Source of the DNA: Bacteroidia bacterium
GTDB taxonomy: Bacteria; Bacteroidota; Bacteroidia; SpSt-205
Length of the DNA: 64,000 bases
Direction: 5' to 3'
Assembly (NCBI GenBank): GCA_025059535.1
Contig: JANXCX010000024.1
Location: 106,569-170,568, forward strand
Both the position numbers and the translations under genes were made by a program. Positions 39,622 to 48,611 of the stretch are shown piece after piece; within the stretch, counting starts at the first letter, position 1; the number at the start of each line of letters is the position of its first letter. The notes below the pieces were generated by a model. The model saw only the letters and a program-made list of their open reading frames with translations. It ran no database searches and was not told the DNA's origin.

Positions 39622-41379
39622 ATGGAGCCGGCCTTGGCCATAGTTTGGCTACCTGATACCCCTACTTGGACTGCTCTTCGGGAGGTGATTAGGGAAGGGC
39701 TACCTAATATGGTCGTGCATTTTTTTGCGACTCCCGAGGAGGCCCAGCGCTACACCGAGCGCAGTCTTTTGGAAGGGAAGTCTATTTTTCTTTTTATTGC
39801 CCCCTTACCGAATGGTGAGGAGTTTTTAGTTGAATCCCTGAAGCGCTGGCCTCTAGCCTATGCGTTGGGCTTGACTCATGAAAGCGACTTTACCGTAGAG
39901 GTTGGCACTTACCTTGTAGCCTATCTGAATGGCCAACCCTCGGCGCTGCGGCCTTACCTTCACCAGCTAGTGCGCCGCTATGAGGAGCGCCGGCAAAGTG
40001 AGCAACAGAAAGCCCTCTTGGCCGAAATCCACCGCGTCTCCCTCTCTCTTACGGGCGAGGTGCGTTTGGAATGGCTTATCTTCAAACTTTTGCGCTTGGC
40101 TTTGGAAAATAGCGGCGCCCCGCAGGCTTTCCTGATAGTACCCGAAGACGAGTCCAGCGAAGCCCTACTAGTAGCTGGCTACGCTGAAGCAGGGGATTAT
40201 GAACCGCGCCCCTATCCGCCACGTCCTTTGGCCCAAGAGATGCGGCTCTTCCTCCCAGCTATCTACCATACCGTGCGCACGCGCGAAAATCTCTTTATCC
40301 TTCCCGGTAAGGAGCATCCCCTTTGGCACCGCCACCCAGAATGGGAACGGTTTGGCCTTGAAGCCCTACTCTGCCTCCCCCTTATCTACCAAGGACGGCT
40401 CATGGGCCTCCTCTACCTACCCAACCCTAACACCGAATTCTTTACTACCCCCGAAAAGCTGGAATTCCTGAAGCTTTTTACTGCCCCTGGGGCATTGGCC
40501 CTGCAGAATGCCCAGCTCTATGCCGAGATGGAGGCCCGCGTGCGCGAGCGCACTCAAGAGGTTTTACGCCAGAAGGAAGAGATAGAACGCCAAAGTGCCC
40601 TTCTGCGGCAGCAAAACGAGGACATCCTGGCTAGCCTGCGCTACGCCCAGCGCGTCCAGCGCGCCATTTTTCCCCCTTGGAGCGAGCTGCAAAAAACCCT
40701 CCCCGAAAGCTTTCTTTTTTACCATCCGCGTGAAATTGTAGGTGGGGACTTTTACTGGTTTGCCCAGCGGCTCAGTAAAATCGTCATAGCAGTAGGGGAT
40801 TGCACGGGCCATGGGATTCCAGGGGCCTTTATGACGATCATCGCAAATACCCTACTCAAGCAAATAGTGGAGCTGGAGGGGGTTTTCAAGCCGTCGGAAA
40901 TTCTGTACCTCCTCAATCTGCGTATGCGTGCGGCCCTCCAGCATGAGGATGCTCAATACCAGCGCTTTCGGGAGGGTATGGAGATCGCCCTAATTCAATT
41001 AGACCCTAAACGGCATAAGCTCCTGTATGCGGGCGCAGGGCGGCCTCTTTTCCTCGTACGGCAAGGCAAAGGTCAAGAAATCCTCCCCGATCGGCTTACG
41101 ATTGGCACTTCCCCAGAAGGGGAAGCCCCTGAGTTTACGCTGCATGCCCTTGACCTCCAGCCGGGAGATACCCTCTTCCTCTTTTCCGATGGGTTTGCCG
41201 ACCAGCTCAATCCCGAAGGCAAGCGTTACCAACTGCGCCGGCTTTACGAGCTTTTTGAGGTGATAGCCGAGCAGTCAGCGGCCCGACAGCAGGTTCTTTT
41301 AGAGGCTGAGCTGGAACGCTGGCGCCAAAACGCGCGGCAAACCGACGACATCCTTATTATTGGCCTGCGCATTCCTTAG
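39622..41379 (+). CDS. GAF + SpoIIE/RsbU-type (PP2C) protein phosphatase with a receiver-like N-terminus
   Basis: VGGDFYW, GDCTGHGIPGAFM, FSDGFADQ, QTDDI; GAF LCLPLIYQGRLMGLLYL. Confidence 0.9.
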   Translation: MEPALAIVWLPDTPTWTALREVIREGLPNMVVHFFATPEEAQRYTERSLLEGKSIFLFIAPLPNGEEFLVESLKRWPLAYALGLTHESDFTVEVGTYLVAYLNGQPSALRPYLHQLVRRYEERRQSEQQKALLAEIHRVSLSLTGEVRLEWLIFKLLRLALENSGAPQAFLIVPEDESSEALLVAGYAEAGDYEPRPYPPRPLAQEMRLFLPAIYHTVRTRENLFILPGKEHPLWHRHPEWERFGLEALLCLPLIYQGRLMGLLYLPNPNTEFFTTPEKLEFLKLFTAPGALALQNAQLYAEMEARVRERTQEVLRQKEEIERQSALLRQQNEDILASLRYAQRVQRAIFPPWSELQKTLPESFLFYHPREIVGGDFYWFAQRLSKIVIAVGDCTGHGIPGAFMTIIANTLLKQIVELEGVFKPSEILYLLNLRMRAALQHEDAQYQRFREGMEIALIQLDPKRHKLLYAGAGRPLFLVRQGKGQEILPDRLTIGTSPEGEAPEFTLHALDLQPGDTLFLFSDGFADQLNPEGKRYQLRRLYELFEVIAEQSAARQQVLLEAELERWRQNARQTDDILIIGLRIP

Positions 41380-41382
41380 CCA

Positions 41383-42591
41383 ATGAATTGGCGCGCTTGG
41401 CTAGCCGTACTAGTGGCGACCCTGGGCTATTTCGTGGATATCTATGACCTTATCCTTTTTTCTGTCGTACGGGAAGCCAGTCTGACCGACCTGGGCTTTA
41501 GCCCAGCCGAACGGCTGCGGTATGGCGTTCTCCTTATAGACCTTCAGATGGTTGGCATGCTTTTAGGGGGGCTTCTGTGGGGCATTTTAGGGGACAAACG
41601 CGGCCGGCTCTCCGTACTTTTCGGCTCCATTCTCACCTACTCTTTAGCCACGCTTTTCAATGGCTTTGCAAAAGGTATCTGGGACTATAGCGTTTGGCGA
41701 TTTATAGCGGGGATAGGACTAGCGGGCGAGCTAGGGGTGGGCGTGACGCTGGTAGCCGAGCTTATGCCGGCTGCGCTGCGCGGCTGGGGCACTACGCTTA
41801 TCGCTACAATCGGAATTTTCGGCGCCGTAGTGGCTAGCCTAGTAGGAGATAGGTTTCATTGGCGCACCGCTTACTATATAGGCGGCAGCCTAGGCTTTGG
41901 GCTCCTTTTTCTGCGCCTAGGCGTAGGCGAATCGGAGCTTTTTACCCGCTTCCGCCAGCAGGCGCACGTGCCCGCTGGCGACTTCTTCCAAATTTTCCGC
42001 CGAACCGAACGCCTATCCCGTTATCTTTTTATCATTCTCACAGGCGTCCCGATCTGGTACGTGGTGGGGATTTTAGTAACTTTTTCGCCTGACCTCTTTC
42101 GCGAGATAGGGCTGACGGTTCGCGCAAGCCAAGCCATACTTTACACCTATATTGGTCTCTCCATTGGCGATCTCTTGGCTGGGATCCTTAGCCAAGTGCT
42201 GCACAGCCGCAAGCAGCCAATCCTCATCTGGCTTAGCTTCTCGACGGTGTTGGCCATACTTTACAACCAGCTGCCTTTCACTGCGCCGACCCGGGTTTAC
42301 TGGTTTTGCCTCTGGCTAGGGTTATTTTCGGGATATTGGGCGGTGCTCATAACAAGTGCGGCTGAGCAATTTGGCACCAACCTGCGCGCTACCGTCACAA
42401 CCAGCGTACCTAACTGGATACGCGGCTCCCTCGTGCTATCCACCCTCCTATGGCAGGCCATCCAGAGCTTCACTTCCCTAAGAACAAGCGCCCTCCTGAG
42501 CGGGATCATAATATATGGGATAGCCTTATTTTCGGCTACGCGCCTTCGGGAGACCTATGGGAAGTCTTTAGATTTTCTGGAGCGGGATTAG
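41383..42591 (+). CDS. MFS transporter
   Basis: GILGDKRGRL motif A, RFIAGIGLAGELG, AEQFGTNLRAT. Confidence 0.92.
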   Translation: MNWRAWLAVLVATLGYFVDIYDLILFSVVREASLTDLGFSPAERLRYGVLLIDLQMVGMLLGGLLWGILGDKRGRLSVLFGSILTYSLATLFNGFAKGIWDYSVWRFIAGIGLAGELGVGVTLVAELMPAALRGWGTTLIATIGIFGAVVASLVGDRFHWRTAYYIGGSLGFGLLFLRLGVGESELFTRFRQQAHVPAGDFFQIFRRTERLSRYLFIILTGVPIWYVVGILVTFSPDLFREIGLTVRASQAILYTYIGLSIGDLLAGILSQVLHSRKQPILIWLSFSTVLAILYNQLPFTAPTRVYWFCLWLGLFSGYWAVLITSAAEQFGTNLRATVTTSVPNWIRGSLVLSTLLWQAIQSFTSLRTSALLSGIIIYGIALFSATRLRETYGKSLDFLERD

Positions 42592-43831
42592 CTTCGGTCT
42601 GTAGCCAGGGCGCAGTGGCTAACTTCTCCCAAATCAGTTGAATAGTATCGGGCTTGCTCTCCAAATACTGCTCCACCCGCTGGGCTATGATTCGGAGACG
42701 CCGGGAGTCTCGTACGAGGCTTTTGACCGCATTAGAAAAACTGATAGGATACCGACAACTTTCTGCCACACCGAGCTTTATGAGTTCGTGTGCCTCTGAA
42801 AAACTTTTGTAGTTAGGCCCAAAGAATACAGGCTTTCGATAAATTATCGCTTCCAGAATGTTATGAATCCCCCGGCCAAAGCCGCCACCTATCCAAGCCA
42901 CATGGCCATAGGCATAGAGATAACCCAGCATTCCTGTCGTGTCCAGAATCAAGGTATCGGCAAAATCCCAAGACTCGTGCGTGTATTGCGCACAGCGGAC
43001 TGGCCATATTCTCCGGATAAATTCAATCTGGCGCGCCGAAACCTCATGCGGCACTAAAATCCACCGAATAGAATAACCCCGAAGGAATTCATACGCTTGG
43101 GCTAGGAAGCGTACATCCGCTTCCCACACACTGCCGCCGATGATGCAGAATTTATCGCCTATCCAGTTTTGAATGCCGGAAATAGGCAGCCAGTTCTCAG
43201 CCAGCTGACGCACCCGTATGAGTCGACTGTCGCCGGTGAGGGTGCTTTGAATAAAGCCCGCCGTGCTTAGCTTGACCCAATCGGCCTGCGTCTGAACGAA
43301 GATATGCGTCATGTAGCGCAGGAGCTTTTTTTTCCACCACCAGCGCAGGCCGTGGAGCGGCTCTACATGCGCACTGAGCAGGTACATTGGGCAGTTATGC
43401 ACATAAAGCTGGTGAAGGAGGTTAGGCCAAAGGTCGTATTTGACGAAGAAGACGGCTTGCGGCCGAAGGAGACGCACCCAGCGGCGCATCACCCAGGGCA
43501 GATCCAACGGTAAGGGCCCTATCCAGTCGGCCTGAGGATAAGTCTGAGAGGTATAACGCTCCCAGCCCGAAGGCGAAAAAAACGTAACCACCAGAAAGGG
43601 CCGCTGAGACAGCTTAGTTAGGAGATATTCCATTATCACGCGCCCCTGCTCAAATTCGCCTACCGAGGCGCAGTGCAACCAGAGTACCTTGCGCTTAGGT
43701 GGGGGTAGAGGGGGAGGGGTACGCCGGGCCTGCCACCACCGCCGCAGCTTATCATGAAACAAACTCGCCAGCGGCACTATCGGTAGAGCTAGAAGCCAGC
43801 CCAGCGTATAGAGAAATCGCCAAAAGCTCAT
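42536..43831 (-). CDS. waaA: 3-deoxy-D-manno-octulosonic acid transferase
   Basis: WLHCASVGEFEQG, LPLD, KYDLWPN, GGGFGRGIHNILEA, FGPNY. Confidence 0.92.
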   Translation of the reverse strand: MSFWRFLYTLGWLLALPIVPLASLFHDKLRRWWQARRTPPPLPPPKRKVLWLHCASVGEFEQGRVIMEYLLTKLSQRPFLVVTFFSPSGWERYTSQTYPQADWIGPLPLDLPWVMRRWVRLLRPQAVFFVKYDLWPNLLHQLYVHNCPMYLLSAHVEPLHGLRWWWKKKLLRYMTHIFVQTQADWVKLSTAGFIQSTLTGDSRLIRVRQLAENWLPISGIQNWIGDKFCIIGGSVWEADVRFLAQAYEFLRGYSIRWILVPHEVSARQIEFIRRIWPVRCAQYTHESWDFADTLILDTTGMLGYLYAYGHVAWIGGGFGRGIHNILEAIIYRKPVFFGPNYKSFSEAHELIKLGVAESCRYPISFSNAVKSLVRDSRRLRIIAQRVEQYLESKPDTIQLIWEKLATAPWLQTEANPAPENLKTSHRSPEGA

Positions 43832-44580
43832 TCTACCGGCGCTTTTTCATACAGCAGAAGGCTCCACCCAAAACGGAACCCATACCAGAAATCCCGCCGC
43901 AGACGCTCTTCCACGCTGCGCTGATCATACACGTAGTAGCGTAGGCTCCGGGTGAAAAACTGCCCTGCCTCAAAGGCTAAAAAAAAGTTTATGAGCCCGC
44001 GGTTGGCAAAAAACCGGTAGCCGAGGCTCTCCGTAAGCCCCCAGCCGGCGCTTAGGCGGTCTAGGCCCTTGAGGTATTCTCCTTCCAGCAGGGGGAGTCT
44101 ATCGCTGCGCGCCTTATCTATAAGAATGCGATGGCGTAGATAGCCTAAGCCAAGTTCTACAAAAGGCCCGCAATTAGGGTTTTGGCCAGGCCAGCGCAGA
44201 AACTGAGCGATATACCCTATGCGGAAGCTCCCCTGCCAGCCCCGCTGACGCAGATTGGGGCTAAATACCCGCCCATTCTCATCTACAAAAGCTAAACTAC
44301 CCGTCTGCCAAAAGCTCTGTAGGTGCAAGCCCGCCAGAAAATTCGGCTCTCGGACCTGGTCCCCAATAAGGCCGCCGCCCTGCAGGAGAAAGTAAAGATT
44401 AGCCCGGGTCTTGTACCCTATTTCGCCGCCAACTACGGCCGTATAGCCAAAACGACGCGCCAAATCAAGCTGAGGAAAATACCCCCCATAGCCGACAGAG
44501 AGAAGGCCAAAGGCAATCACGGAGTCGCGTATGCTCTGCTGCCCCCACACGAGGGCCAAACCTAAGCCTACTCGCCACAC
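43828..44580 (-). CDS. Hypothetical outer-membrane beta-barrel protein
   Basis: Short signal from GTG 44580; alternating beta strands; DFWYGFRFGWSLLLY. Confidence 0.65.
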   Translation of the reverse strand: MWRVGLGLALVWGQQSIRDSVIAFGLLSVGYGGYFPQLDLARRFGYTAVVGGEIGYKTRANLYFLLQGGGLIGDQVREPNFLAGLHLQSFWQTGSLAFVDENGRVFSPNLRQRGWQGSFRIGYIAQFLRWPGQNPNCGPFVELGLGYLRHRILIDKARSDRLPLLEGEYLKGLDRLSAGWGLTESLGYRFFANRGLINFFLAFEAGQFFTRSLRYYVYDQRSVEERLRRDFWYGFRFGWSLLLYEKAPVE

Positions 44581-44585
44581 CAGCG

Positions 44586-44603
44586 TACTTTTGCGCAAAG
44601 GTA
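44586..44603. promoter_or_regulatory. Face-to-face -7 boxes forming a quasi-palindrome TACTTTTG-CG-CAAAGGTA
   Basis: One box per strand in the 26-bp divergent gap. Confidence 0.6.
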
Positions 44604-44606
44604 CAT

Positions 44607-45965
44607 ATGCAAATCGCTGTCATAGGTGTAGGATATGTAGGCTTAGTTACGGCTGCGGGCCTAGCGGAATCGGGCAATCGCGTGATAGGATATGATATAG
44701 ACGCAGGCAAAATAGCGGTACTCCAGCAGGGCCAATCCCCTATTTACGAGCCGGGCTTGGAGCGGCTGCTGGCCCATAACCTTCACAACCAGCGGCTCCA
44801 TTTTACGGCTGACTTAGGCGAGGCCCTCCGAGAAGCTGAGCTAATCTTTTTAGCCCTACCAACTCCCTCTACAGCCGCTGGCGAAGCGGATTTATCCCAC
44901 GTTTTTGCGGCGGCTGAGAGCATAGCTTCCACCTTACAAGCCCTGGCGCCAGGTTCCCTACCCTACCGCATCGTGGTTACTAAGAGTACCGTCCCGGTAG
45001 GTACGGCCCGCCAGCTCCAAGCCTTCTTTGAGCAGAGGCTCCCTGGGCAGATTCGGGTGGCCTCTAACCCCGAATTCCTGCGCGAGGGCTTCGCCGTAGA
45101 AGATTTCCTCAAACCTGAGCGGGTCATTATCGGGACACCGGACCCCCAAGTGGCTGAAACGCTGCGGCGCCTCTACCTGCCCTATACCCGCCAAGGCAAC
45201 CCCATCTACCTCATGGATTGGGAAAGCGCCGAAATGACTAAATATGCCGCCAACGCCTTTCTGGCCATGCGTATCAGCTTTATGAATGAACTGGCCCGCC
45301 TATGCGAAAAGGTAGGCGCTAATATTGATTGGGTGCGTTTAGGTATGGGAGCCGATAGCCGAATTGGCCGGCGCTATCTTTTCGCTGGAGTAGGGTATGG
45401 CGGTTCCTGCTTCCCAAAAGATACGCGTGCACTTGCTGCCCTGGCCCAAAAGCACCATTTGCGCCTCCAGCTGGTAGAAGCGACTATCGCCATAAACGCC
45501 AGCCAACGCGCCTTTTTCCTAGAGAAAATCACTGCCTACTACCGAGGCCATCTTCAGGGGCGCACATTGGCTGTCTGGGGCGTAGCCTTCAAGCCCGATA
45601 CGGATGATATTCGGGAGGCTCCCTCGCTGGAGATCCTGGCCCAGCTGAGGGCGCAGGGGGTAACCCTGCGTGTATATGACCCCGTGGCCTTACCCCGCCT
45701 GCGGCAAACCTACCCAGATTGGCCGCTTTTCTACGCTACAGAGGCTTATGAAGCCACCCAAGGCGCGGAGGCCCTCCTTATCCTTACCGAGTGGAGCGAA
45801 TTCCGTCAGCCGGACTGGAAACGCCTCCGCGCCAATCTCCACGCACCGGTAATATTTGATGGGCGCAATCTGTACGACCCCGCCGAAATGGCCAAACTAG
45901 GGTTTGATTACCTTTCCATAGGGCGAGCCCCAGTCTATGCTTACTCTACCGCCGCTGCCTCCTGA
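44607..45965 (+). CDS. ugd: UDP-glucose 6-dehydrogenase
   Basis: IGVGYVGL, KSTVPVGT, SNPEFLREG, GYGGSCFPKD, AFKPDTDDIRE. Confidence 0.96.
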   Translation: MQIAVIGVGYVGLVTAAGLAESGNRVIGYDIDAGKIAVLQQGQSPIYEPGLERLLAHNLHNQRLHFTADLGEALREAELIFLALPTPSTAAGEADLSHVFAAAESIASTLQALAPGSLPYRIVVTKSTVPVGTARQLQAFFEQRLPGQIRVASNPEFLREGFAVEDFLKPERVIIGTPDPQVAETLRRLYLPYTRQGNPIYLMDWESAEMTKYAANAFLAMRISFMNELARLCEKVGANIDWVRLGMGADSRIGRRYLFAGVGYGGSCFPKDTRALAALAQKHHLRLQLVEATIAINASQRAFFLEKITAYYRGHLQGRTLAVWGVAFKPDTDDIREAPSLEILAQLRAQGVTLRVYDPVALPRLRQTYPDWPLFYATEAYEATQGAEALLILTEWSEFRQPDWKRLRANLHAPVIFDGRNLYDPAEMAKLGFDYLSIGRAPVYAYSTAAAS

Positions 45966-46479
45966 GAGCCTTGTGTGGCGTAGCCCCGAGCTACCGCCGC
46001 CAACCCCTCTTTTGCTTATAGACCCAGTGAATCCCGAGACAGGAGACGTGTTTGAGGAGCTTGAGCTCTTTGCCTTTCGCTTAAAGCGCACCTATCCCGA
46101 AACCCGCTTAGGGCTCCATCTAACTTACTGGATAGGCGGGCTAGCCTATGGCGAAGCGTGGGGCGTTGATTTCCTTCTAATCCATGCAGAAGTGTTTCAG
46201 AGGCTGCATGGGTTTTTGCCTGATGGCCCTTGGGTAGCAGCGATAGACGGATGGAGTCCTCCGGCGCCGTGGCACCTTTTGGCCCGAAGCTATGCTCCCG
46301 AGGCGACCCAACTGAGCTATGTCAATCGGTATTTAGCCCAGCTTAGCGGCTTTCGGCGCCGCCTGCCCGACCTAAGGCCAGAAGCCAGTACGCTTTTCCG
46401 CACGGTTACTTCTAGAGGGGCATATCACCATTTCAGCCTTTCAGAGCTTCAGGCCCATGTGGCTACTCTACGGGGCTAA
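45937..46479 (+). CDS. Hypothetical protein
   Basis: Fills the gap and overlaps both neighbours on the same strand. Confidence 0.6.
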   Translation: MLTLPPLPPESLVWRSPELPPPTPLLLIDPVNPETGDVFEELELFAFRLKRTYPETRLGLHLTYWIGGLAYGEAWGVDFLLIHAEVFQRLHGFLPDGPWVAAIDGWSPPAPWHLLARSYAPEATQLSYVNRYLAQLSGFRRRLPDLRPEASTLFRTVTSRGAYHHFSLSELQAHVATLRG

Positions 46480-47506
46480 TGGCACTACGGGCCGCTTGGT
46501 ACTGCGGGTTTGGCGGGCGCATTTTCCCGACCTTCCGCCGCCACTTCTGGGCGGACGCCGCGAGACCGAACTGCGCGCGCTGGCCCAAGCCTACGGCCTA
46601 AGCTATCAGGCCTTTCCCCTAACCACCCTCCAAAACCTTGAGCTGCCTAAGGAGATTCGGCTTATTGCTAACCTAGCCGGCCCCTATCGCTATACTAGCG
46701 AACCTTGGCTAAAATACTGTCTCCAGCAGGGTCGGGACTACCTAGACATCTGTGGCGAGTGGCCCGTATTTGCCCAGCTCTACGCGGCGGCGGAGGAGTA
46801 TGCCCAAAAGGGCCTAGCGGTAATTACAGGGGCAGGTTATGATACAGTAGCGGGTGAAACGGCTCTAACGCTTTTTCGGGCGCGCTACCCGCAAGCCCAG
46901 GACCTACGCCTGGCCATCTATGCGGAAGGCGGCTTTTCGGCCGGTACGGCGCGCGCAGCTCTAGGCGTGCTCTCAGCAGGCGAAGTCTACTGGCAGGAAG
47001 GTCAGCTCCAGCCGGGTCCTACCCAAACCTGCCAATACCGTTTACCCGATGGGCGCACGCGTACCTTCCGCTCTGCCCCCCTGGCAGAACTGATTACCTA
47101 TCCGGCTTGGAATCCCGAACTGCGCACGCTACGCACTTACGTAGGGCTTCCCCCTAAACTTCAGCGGTGGCAGGGCGTCGTACAATGGCTTAGTAAGCAG
47201 GCCATAGTTCAGGCTTTGATAGGCTGGCTGCTAGAGCAGTACCGTACGACCTTGGCTGATCGGATGACCTTAACAGGCCGCGCCTATGCTATAGCGGATA
47301 GCATAGGAGCTCCAGCCTATGGGGTCTTTGAAAGTCCCCAGCCTTACTGGGCTACCGCTTGGCTGGTGCTGCGCAGCCTCCAGCTTTACCTAAAGGAAGG
47401 GGCAGCTGCAGGCGTAGCCAGCGCCTTTGCCCGATGGCAAAAGGCCCTGTGGGAGGGCCTCCCTACCCAAATCCACTGGCAGCCCAAAACTACCCCTCAA
47501 GGATAA
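46457..47506 (+). CDS. Saccharopine dehydrogenase NADP-binding family oxidoreductase
   Basis: LYGANGTTG, LGGR, NLAGPY, YLDICGE, GYDTV, SAGT. Confidence 0.85.
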   Translation: MWLLYGANGTTGRLVLRVWRAHFPDLPPPLLGGRRETELRALAQAYGLSYQAFPLTTLQNLELPKEIRLIANLAGPYRYTSEPWLKYCLQQGRDYLDICGEWPVFAQLYAAAEEYAQKGLAVITGAGYDTVAGETALTLFRARYPQAQDLRLAIYAEGGFSAGTARAALGVLSAGEVYWQEGQLQPGPTQTCQYRLPDGRTRTFRSAPLAELITYPAWNPELRTLRTYVGLPPKLQRWQGVVQWLSKQAIVQALIGWLLEQYRTTLADRMTLTGRAYAIADSIGAPAYGVFESPQPYWATAWLVLRSLQLYLKEGAAAGVASAFARWQKALWEGLPTQIHWQPKTTPQG

Positions 47507-48435
47507 AATAAGGCACTTACCGATTCGTGATGGTGAATATTGTGCAGGGCTTGAGCGAAGACTTTCGCCACCGAAAGCACGGTAATATTAGGTAGGCTGT
47601 GCTTCAAGGGTAGGGTATCCGTAACAATCAGTTCCGCAAGGGCCGATTTAGCTAAGCGCTCATAGGCAGGCCCTGATAGGACCGCATGTGTGACACAGGC
47701 CCGAACGGAAAGGGCCCCCTCCGCTAGGAGGAGGTCCACCGCTCGCAAGAGCGTACCCGCCGTATCTACGAGGTCATCCACAATGAGGGCATGTTTCCCT
47801 CGTACCTCGCCTATAAGGCGCATGGAATGCACCTGATTAGGCTGGGCGCGATACTTATCTACCAAAGCGAGTTCGGCATGGAGGAGGCGGGCGTATTTGC
47901 GGGCGCGCGCCGTACCGCCTGCATCGGGTGAAACCACCACCAGCGGAGATAGCTCCAAGCGCTGCACATAGGGAATATGCACGATAGAGGCTTCTAAATT
48001 GTCCAGGGGAATGTCAAAAAAGCCTTGGATTTGGCCGGCATGGAGGTCCATAGTTACAATGCGAGAGGCGCCGGCGGCTTGGAGGAGATTAGCGACCAGC
48101 TTAGCGCCGATGGAGACACGCCCTTCTTCTTTGCGGTCCTGCCGCGCATAGCCGTAGTAAGGGATAACCGCCGTGATAGTCTCGGCGGAGGCTCGTCGCG
48201 CCGCATCAATCAGAAGAAGGAGTTCCAGAAGATTGTCTGCGGGGGCCGCAGTGGATTGGATAATGCACACATGGGCGCCACGCACAGATTCCTCGTACTT
48301 AGGCATCATTTCCCCATCGGAGAAACGGTGTAGGGTAAGCTGACCTAGCGGCTGCCCATAATGCACCGCTACCTTCTCCGCAAAGGCCCGTGAAGCAGAG
48401 CCCGCAAATAGCTTTACGGGCGCATTGGGGGACAC
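47497..48435 (-). CDS. prs: Ribose-phosphate pyrophosphokinase
   Basis: FSDGE, PYYGYARQDRK, DLHAGQIQGFFD, VSPDAGG, VDDLVDTAGTL. Start at GTG 48435; the upstream part of the ORF is the tRNA. Confidence 0.96.
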   Translation of the reverse strand: MSPNAPVKLFAGSASRAFAEKVAVHYGQPLGQLTLHRFSDGEMMPKYEESVRGAHVCIIQSTAAPADNLLELLLLIDAARRASAETITAVIPYYGYARQDRKEEGRVSIGAKLVANLLQAAGASRIVTMDLHAGQIQGFFDIPLDNLEASIVHIPYVQRLELSPLVVVSPDAGGTARARKYARLLHAELALVDKYRAQPNQVHSMRLIGEVRGKHALIVDDLVDTAGTLLRAVDLLLAEGALSVRACVTHAVLSGPAYERLAKSALAELIVTDTLPLKHSLPNITVLSVAKVFAQALHNIHHHESVSALFYP

Positions 48436-48440
48436 ACCAG

Positions 48441-48511
48441 TTGCCCGGGGAGGATTCGAACCCCCACACGCAGACCCAAAATCTGCTGTCCTACCGTTAG
48501 ACGACCGGGCA
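48441..48511 (-). tRNA. tRNA-Gln(TTG), CCA not encoded
   Basis: TGCCCGG/CCGGGCA acceptor stem (U1-A72), GCAGA-TTTTGGG-TCTGC anticodon arm, GGTTCGAATCC T-arm. Confidence 0.96.
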
Positions 48512-48518
48512 GCGACCA

Positions 48519-48526
48519 CAAAGATA
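48519..48526 (-). promoter_or_regulatory. -7 box TATCTTTG for tRNA-Gln-prs
   Basis: 7 nt before the mature tRNA 5' end. Confidence 0.7.
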
Positions 48527-48597
48527 CAAACTTTCGCCTAATGCGGCCCTACCCTTTTTCCCCCACTCAGGCGGCTACCTATTTGGCCCCAACATTC

Positions 48598-48605
48598 TAC
48601 CTTTG
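48598..48605 (+). promoter_or_regulatory. -7 box TACCTTTG
   Basis: 6 nt before ATG 48612. Confidence 0.65.
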
Positions 48606-48611
48606 CGGGTA

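Noticed and set aside
48436-48519. 28-aa N-terminal extension of prs in the ORF track
   Set aside because: It is the tRNA-Gln gene read in frame, and its TTG is part of the promoter box.
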